A DNA stretch of 28,245 nucleotides from the NCBI GenBank assembly GCA_015520865.1, contig WAPE01000045.1, forward strand, positions 1 to 28,245, given 5' to 3'. A program made the translations under genes and the position numbers. Source of the stretch: Candidatus Iainarchaeum sp. Its GTDB lineage: Archaea; Iainarchaeota; Iainarchaeia; JAADDC01. Below, piece by piece: positions 1 through 8,356 of the stretch. Every line of letters begins with the position of its first letter. Positions within the stretch are counted from its first letter, which is position 1. The notes below the pieces were generated by a model. The model was not told the DNA's origin. It saw nothing but the letters and a program-made list of their open reading frames with translations, and did not search any database.

Positions 1-284
1 CCGCAGATCCGTAAACAGCGGGTGGCATTGGTTGTTTGATCAATCGTTAGGTTGTATTCCGTTGCAGAGCCACAGCGGAAATCGTATCGGAAGGCAAGCT
101 TCGTTGGTGCAGACCCCTGTATGACGGTGGCGAGGGAGGACGCAAAGGCCCTGAGCTCGTTCTGCCATTTTGCACCACAATCCTCCTTCATGGCGTTGGA
201 AAGAACCATATAAGCGAGGGCAAGGACCATAAGAAGGGCTATCACCGATACCATGAGCTGGAAGGGCGCCTCTACCCCCTTCAT
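1..284 (-). CDS. Pilin-like protein with class III signal peptide (3' end beyond the window)
   Basis: Not in ORF track. Manual translation from ATG at 284: MKGVEAPFQLMVSVIALLMVLALAYMVLSNAMKEDCGAKWQNELRAFASSLATVIQGSAPTKLAFRYDFRCGSATEYNLTIDQTTNATRCLRIC..., open to the window edge. KG cleavage motif then a hydrophobic helix. ATGA overlap with the upstream gene. Confidence 0.85.
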   Translation of the reverse strand, partial: MKGVEAPFQLMVSVIALLMVLALAYMVLSNAMKEDCGAKWQNELRAFASSLATVIQGSAPTKLAFRYDFRCGSATEYNLTIDQTTNATRCLRIC

Positions 285-400
285 CTAACCACCTGGTAGC
301 CCTTCATCATAGAGGGCTTGACGACGCCGAAGATGAGGAGCGCCGCCACGATCGCCACCACGAGAAGGTATATGATGCTCCAATCAGCTCCAGCCCTCAT
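281..400 (-). CDS. 39-aa micro-pilin / class III signal peptide protein
   Basis: Not in ORF track. Manual translation MRAGADWSIIYLLVVAIVAALLIFGVVKPSMMKGYQVVR*. Its TGA (281-283) overlaps the next ATG (282-284). TTTATA box ends 24 nt upstream of the ATG. Confidence 0.75.
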   Translation of the reverse strand: MRAGADWSIIYLLVVAIVAALLIFGVVKPSMMKGYQVVR

Positions 401-403
401 GGT

Positions 404-430
404 AAAAAGAAAAGAGATCAGAGGTATAAA
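404..430 (-). promoter_or_regulatory. T-tract (terminator-like) and TATA box between pilin genes
   Basis: Minus strand reads TTTATA (425-430) then TTTTCTTTTT (404-413) downstream of the 442..885 stop. TATA-to-ATG(400) spacing of 24 nt fits a leaderless transcript. Confidence 0.4.
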
Positions 431-441
431 TCCTTATCCTT

Positions 442-885
442 TCAGCGGGTTATTGTTATCTGGCACTTCATTGAGTCCTCGGGGCATGAATTTCCAGCAC
501 TATTTTCAACCTGTACATTGGTACCACAATTAACCTTTATTCTGGCCTTCGTACCAACGGGTTTCGTATATTCACAGACTCCCTGTGTAGAAGAGCAGTC
601 AAAGCCGTCTATATCGGCTTTTACCCCCACACAACCAAGATCTAGATAGGCCTCCCTTGCAATAGCTCTAGCATCGATTGCCATCCCCTTTCTGAAGTCT
701 ATGAGATCAGTTGAGCCTACTCCGCCATACGTTGAATACTTCTTCACCAACTGGGCCGCCGCCGTTTGGGGATCGGTGGTTGGGGTGATGAGCCCCTGAA
801 GGAGCCCCAGAAGTACCATCAGAATGGCACCGGCGACGACGGCAGCGATCAGAAGCCTGAACACCTCGAAGGCCTGACCCTTCAT
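442..885 (-). CDS. Pilin-like protein (candidate major pilin), class III signal peptide, 6 Cys
   Basis: MKG/QAFEVFRLLIAAVVAGAILMVLLGLL N-terminus. Start moved from 909 to ATG 885 because it has a GGTGA SD-like element upstream and gives the same MKG leader as its neighbours. Confidence 0.85.
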   Translation of the reverse strand: MKGQAFEVFRLLIAAVVAGAILMVLLGLLQGLITPTTDPQTAAAQLVKKYSTYGGVGSTDLIDFRKGMAIDARAIAREAYLDLGCVGVKADIDGFDCSSTQGVCEYTKPVGTKARIKVNCGTNVQVENSAGNSCPEDSMKCQITITR

Positions 886-924
886 CCTCTCACCATCCCC
901 AATAGGCATCCGAACTTAAAAAAT

Positions 925-1314
925 CTAACGCCACACAACGGTAAGCGTCCCACCATCTAACTTCGCGCAGAGTCTCCCGCTCCTTCCCTCCAACGTCATG
1001 GAGTTCTGGGTTGAAGTGCAACCACCCCCTTTACATACAAACTCGACACTTCCCGTAAAACCGAGCTGGCGCTCGATCATATCCCTCGTTATAGTAATGG
1101 ATCCCTGGGGTGCTATGTTAACGCAGACCTCGCCGGTTATTCCTGTTTCTCCAGCGTTTATGGCAGATCTAATGGTGTCTAGGATAAGGGGAAGCGGGCT
1201 CGGCGTAGATGTAACGATAGTTGTGTGGAAGATCTCCTGAACGAGGAAGAAGGCAGCTAGGAAGAAGACTGCCCAAACGAGGTACATCATAACGGTGTGC
1301 TCCTGTCCTTTCAT
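925..1314 (-). CDS. Pilin-like protein, class III signal peptide, 4 Cys
   Basis: MKG/QEHTVMMYLVWAVFFLAAFFLV followed by a small globular domain. ATGA overlap with the upstream TadC-like gene. Confidence 0.8.
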   Translation of the reverse strand: MKGQEHTVMMYLVWAVFFLAAFFLVQEIFHTTIVTSTPSPLPLILDTIRSAINAGETGITGEVCVNIAPQGSITITRDMIERQLGFTGSVEFVCKGGGCTSTQNSMTLEGRSGRLCAKLDGGTLTVVWR

Positions 1315-3467
1315 CCGAGCATCCCCCTAACGAGTGTTACGGAGAGCCACGTTGTTATAACGAAGAGTATCGACGAGATGATGAGGTTTTTAGCTAAGGA
1401 TAGCAGTAACTTTGGTTGGTTCTTTCCTTCGTAAACGCTGACAGCGTAGTAGGTTAGTAAAGCAGTGAGGAGCAGGTTGTAGATGAATACAACGACGAGG
1501 AACTCCAAAGGAGATGCAACGTTCCCCTGGATGCCCTTCATTTGGGGAACGGATATCCCCATCTGGAGGCTCAGTTCTTCTGGGATCTGGGGCGGCTGGT
1601 AGGTCATTAGGGAGTGGATGATTACCTGTTGAAGGGCTATCGTAATGCCTAAGACGATGGGGCCCACGAGGACCGCCATGGACATCATCATCGTCCGAAT
1701 CTCCGACATCTTTTCCTTTAACGCCCTGATGATCTCCTCCTCGTATCGAAGCTGCTCGGAATAGGCGAGGAGCGCCTTAGAAGCGAGCTCCGTCCCTAGC
1801 TCGACGGCCTTTACGACGATATTTAGTGCTTTCTTGAGGAATTTGCTGGGAATGTCCTTTAGGGCTCCGAAGACAGGATCAAAAACGGCGTCATGGAGTG
1901 ATAATCCTAGAACCTTTACATTGTAGCTGATTTTGGAAAAAACTTCCTGGACGATCGTTGCATCGGGCATAAATTCCATAAGGGAGTCTAGGGCCCCTTC
2001 GAGGGGCTTGCCTTCGCCCATGCGGGAAGCCAAGAGATAAACGGTGTCTCGGAACTCCTCTTCCATTTCTTCAAATCTTCTTTCGAGTTCGACGCGGGGC
2101 TTCTCTGTTATGTATAGGTATGCCCCTAGGGCTGAAACGATGCCTAGGAAGATCCCGAAAACGATCCAATAGGGTGTCGTGTCGAAGGAAGAAAGAATGT
2201 ACTGAATGTTAGGATCTTTTACGGCCTCATCCCAGCTCGTATAGCCATACTTACTTAACAGACAACCTGGAGCTCCGCAGTAAATCGTCTCTATCTTTTC
2301 ATACGTATAATCGAGGCTGGTGTGGAGGTAGTATCCGAGAAAAACGAAGGCGAGGAAAAGGGAAATCGCTACGATGATGGCCCTCCTCTGAAGCTTCCTT
2401 CTCTCCTTTATGAGGTCCTTAGGAGGAACGGGCGGCTCATATATGGACGGCCTCCTCGAAAGGATGGATTTGGCAAAGGCGTAGGTAACGAGGGGCAAGA
2501 AGAAAACGTATACGAAGACCAGGACGGGAAGGGATGCGATAGGAATATCTGTGAAGGCCGCTGCAACCGGGAAGATGATGAACAGTAGTAGCGGTAGGAA
2601 CACCCCAAGGTAGAATAGCTGAACTGAAGGCATATACATCTTTGAAGCGAGTTCCGAGATCCGTTCCTTTACACTGGTCATTACCTCCTTCAGGGCTTCG
2701 TCCAGTCGGATGTTTCTCCTTGCGTCGTCGGGTTCGAGTACGGCTCCTCTTATCCTCATCAATGCGTGTTTGATCTCCCTCAAGAACTTCCCCCACCGGT
2801 AGGCTAGCTTGTCTATCGCTTCCTCCGTGGAGGTATGTAAGCCCATCCTGATCTCCCAAACAAGCTTTTTGAACTCTTCTGCCAGCCTCCCCGTTCCGTT
2901 TTCCCCGGCAAATTCTAGGGCCTTCTCGAGGTTCGGTGTGAGCTTCATGGAAAGAACGAGGTAGCCGATCGTCTCGGGGAGGGTAGGTAGCATGTCCTTT
3001 AGGAGCTGATCCCTCTTCCAGACGGGATAGTAGTAGAAGTATAGCCAAACGGAGAACGCTACAATGAACGGCATGATCAAGAAACTCCAGAGCATGAAAT
3101 CTCCGCTCGTTAGACCGTAAACGATGTAGGCAAAAAGCTGGTCTATTGGAAGCCCCTGAAAGAGAACCTGGTAGGCTAGATAAAATGGAAAGAGAACGAT
3201 CATTCCAAGGAAGGCCACCTCTGCCATGAAAACAGCCACGGTTGGTACACACCGCGGATCTACGTCCCAGCCGAGAACAGCGATTGCTTCTTTTATCTCC
3301 TTGCTTGCCTTTCCCTTCTTTGTGCAGTACTTCTTGTACAGCTCAATCATCGGGTCCTTCTTCTGTTTCTTTTCCTTTTCCTCCTTCTCTTCTCTACCCT
3401 TTCTCCGCCGAAAAATCTCGTAGAGGAGGTGTCCTACCCCGCTAAAGGTTTCTTCCTTTCTCGGCAA
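1311..3467 (-). CDS. Type IV pilus membrane platform protein with two tandem T2SSF/TadC-like domains
   Basis: 718 aa with multiple TM segments and two T2SSF-like helical blocks (LPETIGYLVLSMKLTPNLEKAL...; FRDTVYLLASRMGEGKPLEGAL...). Directly downstream of a secretion ATPase. TTG start is uncertain. Confidence 0.85.
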   Translation of the reverse strand: MPRKEETFSGVGHLLYEIFRRRKGREEKEEKEKKQKKDPMIELYKKYCTKKGKASKEIKEAIAVLGWDVDPRCVPTVAVFMAEVAFLGMIVLFPFYLAYQVLFQGLPIDQLFAYIVYGLTSGDFMLWSFLIMPFIVAFSVWLYFYYYPVWKRDQLLKDMLPTLPETIGYLVLSMKLTPNLEKALEFAGENGTGRLAEEFKKLVWEIRMGLHTSTEEAIDKLAYRWGKFLREIKHALMRIRGAVLEPDDARRNIRLDEALKEVMTSVKERISELASKMYMPSVQLFYLGVFLPLLLFIIFPVAAAFTDIPIASLPVLVFVYVFFLPLVTYAFAKSILSRRPSIYEPPVPPKDLIKERRKLQRRAIIVAISLFLAFVFLGYYLHTSLDYTYEKIETIYCGAPGCLLSKYGYTSWDEAVKDPNIQYILSSFDTTPYWIVFGIFLGIVSALGAYLYITEKPRVELERRFEEMEEEFRDTVYLLASRMGEGKPLEGALDSLMEFMPDATIVQEVFSKISYNVKVLGLSLHDAVFDPVFGALKDIPSKFLKKALNIVVKAVELGTELASKALLAYSEQLRYEEEIIRALKEKMSEIRTMMMSMAVLVGPIVLGITIALQQVIIHSLMTYQPPQIPEELSLQMGISVPQMKGIQGNVASPLEFLVVVFIYNLLLTALLTYYAVSVYEGKNQPKLLLSLAKNLIISSILFVITTWLSVTLVRGMLG

Positions 3468-5706
3468 GGAGACCCCTCGCTATCGTTTCTCTACTCCAGG
3501 TCTCGAGCTCCTTCAGGAGCTTGTCCCAGTCGATCTCACCAAACTCCTCTAGGTGCTTTTCCTTTAGCAGTAAAAACCTGTTGTGGATGGGCACGTAGCT
3601 CTTTGCTTCTAGGAGCTCCGGAAGGTTCAGTTCATCGGCGAGCTTAACCACCATTTCCTTCTCTTTCGCCCTTGCGGCAATTTCCTTCCAGATCTCTTCG
3701 TATCCTATACCCCTTAGTCTCGAGATCTTTACCAATAGCTCGGAATTTCTTACGTTATCCTCGATGAGCTTTAGTTCATCCTCCTTTGCTGTATAAAGCA
3801 TGAGGTCTAGGAATCCTCCCTCCTGGTAGGGATCGCTCTTCCAGTGCTTCAGAACTTCCGTTATGGAAACCGTTCGCCGATGGCGCTTCAAAGAACCTGC
3901 AAAACGGATGGGAGCATTAACTACGATGATGTCCGTAGCCTTAAAGGACGTCGTCGGAACACCGAGGTCGTTTACTACCCTGTCCCAGACGGAGTAAGCT
4001 GAATCCCCGTGTATCGTACCCATAACGACGTTTCCAGCGGCTCCTACTCTCATAGCTTCATAAAGCACTAGGGCTTCCTTCGAACGCACTTCTCCTATCA
4101 CGATTGCCGAATCTCCGAGGCGAAGCGCCGTTCTTAGGGCATCCTCTGGAGGTAGCTCACCTGCAGAACCCCCTCCAATGGGGCTCTTCGTCTTCAGCCG
4201 TTGAATGTGGAACCCCACCTTTCGCATTTCTTCGACGGGGATTTCGAGGGTATCTTCCTGAACGATGATGCGCTGGTTCTGGGGGATTTCCAGCATTAAA
4301 GCCGTCATAAGGGATGTTTTTCCGGCTCCACGGCTTCCAGAGATGAGCATCGTTGCTTGCGAGTCTATGAAGAAGGAAAGGAGTCCAGCTGCCAACGGGT
4401 TAAGCATCTTTACCTTTACGAACTGCGGTAACGTCCAGGGGGTCGGTTTGTGAAGCCTGAAGGCAAATGCGATGCCGTCAGGAGAGAGGGGCGGTCCAAT
4501 GACAGCAACCCTCACGTGGAGGTCTGGAAGGTCGTAATCCAGAACGGGATGGGCCTCATCGAAGGGCCTCCCGCTCATGGAACGGAGTTTCGAAATAAAG
4601 GTCTTTGCCTCGTCCTCCGAGTAAACCACATTCGTCCTGCACTGACCGTACTGGGAATGTACAAGGTAAATAGGCTTCATTCCAAGGGGTGCATCGAGAT
4701 AAACGTCCGTTATCTTTCTGTCGAGGAAGAAGAGCTCCAGAACGCCGTATCCTACCGTGTACCTAGCTAAAATCTTTGATAGAAGCTCAATGTCTTCCTT
4801 CTCTAAACTCACCTTGAACCGTCGGGCCAAATCCATCACGGTGCTCTTGTACATTTCCTCAAACTGCTTCCTTGCGTAGGATTTTGAAGCTAGCAGGCTC
4901 CTGGCGGGGGTATATTTAGCAACGAGCTCCTTGGCCTTTTCCAAGATGAAGTACTGCTCCGGAGGGAGTGAAAACTCTGGAGCTTGAAGGTAGTAGAGCA
5001 TCTCAACGCTGGAGGGATCCTCATAGATGAGGACCTCCACATCTCCTTCGAGGGTATAGGAATCGACGAGCTCGAGCTCCTCCGGAAGCCCCGTAATAAT
5101 TCCCGATCCCAAAAAGGCGGGTTTCAGCTGGACAGGCAGTAAAATCCTGTAGATTCCCCTTCCTTCAGGGAGCTCCCTCGTTTGAAGAAGGTACTCCCTC
5201 GTCTTTGCTATGATCGTCGTGGCGTCCATAATCGTCTTGATCTTTTCCAGGATCTTCCTATACTTTTCGAAGCAGGGCTTAAATGCCTCCGGAGCGGCCT
5301 TCTCTCTTTCTTTTACGATCCTTAACTTCTTCAGAACCTCTAGATAGGCCTTGACAGGGTCGCTCATCCAGAGGTCGTGGGTCGTCTTTACTACCCATAC
5401 GTTTTCGTTCTTCAGAACCCTCTGGCAGGACTTTCCCAGCTTCTCCACGATGGAGAAGCTCCAGAATCCCTCATCCCTAAATACCTTAGCCGCCTTGGCG
5501 ATCTCCCTCAAGATACTCGTTGCTTTCTCGTCGTAGACGTGATCGTAAACGTCCGTTACGACAACGATGTCTGCATCGTTTTTCAATAGCTCCGAAACAA
5601 CCTTGAACATCGTTTCTGGATAATCTGCTACGGAGGCTCCCGTCGGCCAGTCCCGTGCATCTATGTAGAGAACCCTCTTACCACCAACAACCCTTACCTC
5701 TCCCAC
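3442..5706 (-). CDS. Type II/IV secretion (VirB11/PilB/TadA family) ATPase with long N-terminal extension
   Basis: Walker A SGSRGAGKTS, Asp box QEDTLE, Walker B IVIGEVR, His box MGTIHG. GTG start, TATA-like TTAAATA ending 21 nt upstream. Confidence 0.93.
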   Translation of the reverse strand: MGEVRVVGGKRVLYIDARDWPTGASVADYPETMFKVVSELLKNDADIVVVTDVYDHVYDEKATSILREIAKAAKVFRDEGFWSFSIVEKLGKSCQRVLKNENVWVVKTTHDLWMSDPVKAYLEVLKKLRIVKEREKAAPEAFKPCFEKYRKILEKIKTIMDATTIIAKTREYLLQTRELPEGRGIYRILLPVQLKPAFLGSGIITGLPEELELVDSYTLEGDVEVLIYEDPSSVEMLYYLQAPEFSLPPEQYFILEKAKELVAKYTPARSLLASKSYARKQFEEMYKSTVMDLARRFKVSLEKEDIELLSKILARYTVGYGVLELFFLDRKITDVYLDAPLGMKPIYLVHSQYGQCRTNVVYSEDEAKTFISKLRSMSGRPFDEAHPVLDYDLPDLHVRVAVIGPPLSPDGIAFAFRLHKPTPWTLPQFVKVKMLNPLAAGLLSFFIDSQATMLISGSRGAGKTSLMTALMLEIPQNQRIIVQEDTLEIPVEEMRKVGFHIQRLKTKSPIGGGSAGELPPEDALRTALRLGDSAIVIGEVRSKEALVLYEAMRVGAAGNVVMGTIHGDSAYSVWDRVVNDLGVPTTSFKATDIIVVNAPIRFAGSLKRHRRTVSITEVLKHWKSDPYQEGGFLDLMLYTAKEDELKLIEDNVRNSELLVKISRLRGIGYEEIWKEIAARAKEKEMVVKLADELNLPELLEAKSYVPIHNRFLLLKEKHLEEFGEIDWDKLLKELETWSRETIARGLLAEKGRNL

Positions 5707-5738
5707 GCCTTAATAAGGGAGGCCTCCTATTTAAGGAG
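5707..5738. promoter_or_regulatory. 32-bp bidirectional promoter with crossed TATA boxes and central palindrome
   Basis: TTAATAA (5710-5716) is 22 nt before ATG 5739. TTAAATA on the minus strand (5728-5734) is 21 nt before GTG 5706. Perfect palindrome GGAGGCCTCC (5718-5727) lies between them. Confidence 0.6.
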
Positions 5739-6134
5739 ATGAGGCGGGATGTTACCACCTTCCTCCTGCGAGGAATCCTCCTCTTCCTCCTCCTAGAGCT
5801 TTTCACCCTCCCGCTACGGGAAACCCTCACAGGAGCCTTCAGGAAGCTTATTCCGTCTCCTTATCTCGCCGTTTGGGAGTGCACGGGTTTTGACGAAGTA
5901 TTTCTTCTTGTCTCCTTTCTCTTGGCACTTCCCGGCGATCTTAAGAAAAAAGCAAAGGTTTCCATCGTCGGAACCGTTCTTCTAGAAGCCTTCAACCTCC
6001 TCAGAATCTACCTCGTTGTTCTGACGGGAAGCAAGCTCCTCCACGACATCCTCTTTCGTATTGGAGGCTTCCTTCTTGTTCTACTTCTCTTCTACTTCCT
6101 TGGACCCCGTTACGTTACCTCTTCCCGGCGGTAA
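5739..6134 (+). CDS. Minimal exosortase/archaeosortase family protein (131 aa)
   Basis: Hydrophobic protein with VWECTG (catalytic Cys motif), FNLLRI (Arg motif) and LHDIL (His) in the family order. Start moved from 5655 to ATG 5739 to avoid overlap with the ATPase and to match TATA spacing. Confidence 0.75.
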   Translation: MRRDVTTFLLRGILLFLLLELFTLPLRETLTGAFRKLIPSPYLAVWECTGFDEVFLLVSFLLALPGDLKKKAKVSIVGTVLLEAFNLLRIYLVVLTGSKLLHDILFRIGGFLLVLLLFYFLGPRYVTSSRR

Positions 6135-6984
6135 CCCTGACCCCATCTTTTTCCACTAGAACGGTGGCCTCTGCCTGGGCAACAACCCCCTTGGGATCAA
6201 TGAGCGTGGGATAGGGATGAATGCTACCGTCCAGAATCATGAGCTTCAACCAAGAGGTTACATTCTGGCCAAAACGCTCCACGAGCCACCTCCTTGCAAA
6301 GGGGAGGCTATCAAACTCCTTCTCTATCTGCTGTCTAAACTTTTCCGCCCTAGAGCTCCTGCTCCTTCTTCCCGTCAGCGAGAAGATCTCCACAGGCTCC
6401 GAATCGATCACCTTTCCCATTCCCGTTGAGACGAAAGGCTCTATGGCTACGAGCATCCCCTCTTCGAACCTTCCTCCACCCCTTGGAACGTTGGGAACGA
6501 ACAGCCCGGCGTGGAGCTTGTACCTCTCCAGCGAATGTCCTCCAAGGTTCTCCACGGGCTTCAGTCCGTACCTCTTTGCCACCTCTTCGACGACTCTTCC
6601 AACCTCCTTTACTTCTACGCCGTCCCTTATCACTGAAAGAGCCGCTTCGAGGGCCTCCTCTGCCGCCTCTACAAGAAAGCCATACTCCCCCGTTAAATCG
6701 ACTGTTACGGCAGCGTCGGCTATCCATCCATCGACGTGGACACCGCAGTCTATCTTCACTAACCCTTCGAGTCTTCTCTCGTCTCCGAAGAAGGGTGTGT
6801 AGTGGGCAGCCTGTTCGTTCGTGGAAAGGTTGCAGGGGAAGGCCGGTTTTCCGCCGAGTTCAACGATCCTTTCTTCCACGTACTCGGCGAGGTCTATGTA
6901 TGTCGATCTGGCGGCCCTCTCGACGGCTTCTTTTAGTACCTGATCGAGGATTCTTCCTGCTTCCTCAACCTTCTTAAGGTCCAC
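6115..6984 (-). CDS. map: Methionine aminopeptidase, type II
   Basis: AFPCNLSTNEQAAHYTP, KIDCGVHVDGWIAD, NLGGHS, AIEPF and AQAEAT metal-binding motifs plus the type II helical insert. Confidence 0.97.
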   Translation of the reverse strand: MDLKKVEEAGRILDQVLKEAVERAARSTYIDLAEYVEERIVELGGKPAFPCNLSTNEQAAHYTPFFGDERRLEGLVKIDCGVHVDGWIADAAVTVDLTGEYGFLVEAAEEALEAALSVIRDGVEVKEVGRVVEEVAKRYGLKPVENLGGHSLERYKLHAGLFVPNVPRGGGRFEEGMLVAIEPFVSTGMGKVIDSEPVEIFSLTGRRSRSSRAEKFRQQIEKEFDSLPFARRWLVERFGQNVTSWLKLMILDGSIHPYPTLIDPKGVVAQAEATVLVEKDGVRVTAGKR

Positions 6985-7020
6985 GGAGGAAAGATATAGC
7001 GAGGTGAATAAAAATGGGTG

Positions 7021-8280
7021 ATGGACTTCACGAAGGTTAGGGGAACCCGAGATTTTCTTCCCGAGGATGAGATACCTCGCCAGAGGATTATTGATATAAT
7101 CCGTGAAACTTACGAGGAATTTGGGTTTTCACCCCTCGAAACACCGGCCTTGGAGACAGCAGAAGTACTTCTAGCGAAGTCCGAATCCATCCGTGACGAG
7201 ATCTACCTCTTCAAGGACAAGGCCGGGAGGGAGATCGGTCTTCGCTTTGACCACACAGTTCCGCTGGCTAGGGTGGTTGCGGAAAATCCTCAGCTACCGC
7301 TTCCCTTCAGAAGGTATGCCATAGGAAAGGTCTGGAGGTACGATCGACCCCAGTCAGGAAGGTATAGGGAGTTTACCCAGGCGGACATCGACATCGTTGG
7401 ATCTAAGGATGTTCTGGCGGACTTCGAGGTTGTGTGGGCTGGAACCACCGCCTTAAAGCGGATCGGTGTTCCGCCCTTTGAAGTTCTTTACAACAGTCGC
7501 CGGCTCATTGACGCCTGGGGAGAAGGGGTTGGTCTAACAGGAAGGTCTCTCGTGGAATTCGTTAGAACGGTGGACAAGTGGTTTAAGATCGAAGAAGAAG
7601 GTGTTAGGGAGGAACTAAAAAGCAAGGGGCTCGAGGGATACCTCGAAGGCTTCAAAGAGCTTTTCGTAGATGTATCGGAACTTCCAGAGGATACCGAACC
7701 CCTAAGAAGGGCCAAGGAGGAACTAATTAGATTTACCGAGTACCTCGAAGAGGCGAAGATCCCTGCCCGATTCGATCCTCGAATGGTCCGCGGCCTCGAC
7801 TACTACACGGGGATCGTCTTCGAGACCTATGTAAGAGAAAGGCTCAATTGGGGATCGATAGGCTCTGGCGGACGCTACGACGAACTCATAAGGCTACTAT
7901 CTGGCAGGGAGGTTCCAGCGACAGGTTATTCGATCGGAGTGGATCGGCTGTTCTCTCTACTGAAGGAAGAAGGGATAATCGAGTCTAGAAAAACGGTAAC
8001 GAAGATTTACGTGGCTCCCGTGGGAGATGTTTCTACGAGGTATCTCTTAGAGGTTGTAGAACTCCTGCGAAGCTCTAAAATCCCCAGCGAGTACGATGTG
8101 ATGGGAAGAAAACTACGGAAGCAGCTCGAGTACGCCGACTCGCTAGGAATCCCCGTCGTTCTCGTCGTTGGTTCTAAGGAAGAAGCAGAGAAGACCGTTA
8201 GGCTAAAGGACATGAGAAGTGGTGAGGAGAAGGAAGTGAAGCTTTCCGAGCTCGTCGAGGAGCTAGAACGGCTCCTCTAA
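7021..8280 (+). CDS. hisS: Histidine--tRNA ligase
   Basis: RGTRDF, LRFDHTVPLAR, WRYDRPQSGRYREFTQADIDI, RGLDYYTG, GGRYD, and C-terminal anticodon-binding domain. Start is ATG 7021 or GTG 7018. Confidence 0.98.
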   Translation: MDFTKVRGTRDFLPEDEIPRQRIIDIIRETYEEFGFSPLETPALETAEVLLAKSESIRDEIYLFKDKAGREIGLRFDHTVPLARVVAENPQLPLPFRRYAIGKVWRYDRPQSGRYREFTQADIDIVGSKDVLADFEVVWAGTTALKRIGVPPFEVLYNSRRLIDAWGEGVGLTGRSLVEFVRTVDKWFKIEEEGVREELKSKGLEGYLEGFKELFVDVSELPEDTEPLRRAKEELIRFTEYLEEAKIPARFDPRMVRGLDYYTGIVFETYVRERLNWGSIGSGGRYDELIRLLSGREVPATGYSIGVDRLFSLLKEEGIIESRKTVTKIYVAPVGDVSTRYLLEVVELLRSSKIPSEYDVMGRKLRKQLEYADSLGIPVVLVVGSKEEAEKTVRLKDMRSGEEKEVKLSELVEELERLL

Positions 8281-8325
8281 CCTTTACCTTTCTTTTACCT
8301 ATAGGTCCTCCACCACCCTGGCTCC

Positions 8326-8331
8326 TTTAAA
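8326..8331 (+). promoter_or_regulatory. TATA box of the tRNA-Trp gene
   Basis: TTTAAA ending 25 nt before the mature tRNA 5' end. A T-rich tract after the hisS stop (8281-8300) may be a terminator. Confidence 0.6.
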
Positions 8332-8356
8332 CCCTTCCCCCTTATCTAACCAACGC

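Noticed and set aside
886-909. ORF-track starts at 909, 5655, 20240 and 28201
   Set aside because: Signal-peptide pattern, overlap logic, TATA spacing or an open upstream frame favour 885, 5739, 20255 and a start beyond the window.
2575-2622. ATGATGA...CTGA pair resembling another C/D sRNA (also GTGATGA at 785-791)
   Set aside because: No D'/C' boxes at proper spacing, and both lie antisense within coding genes.
6221-6977. Long alternative-frame ORFs over map (and similar ones at 2437-3252, 12406-12621, 24478-25068, 25100-25597 and others)
   Set aside because: Shadow frames of well-supported genes with no motifs or independent start signals.
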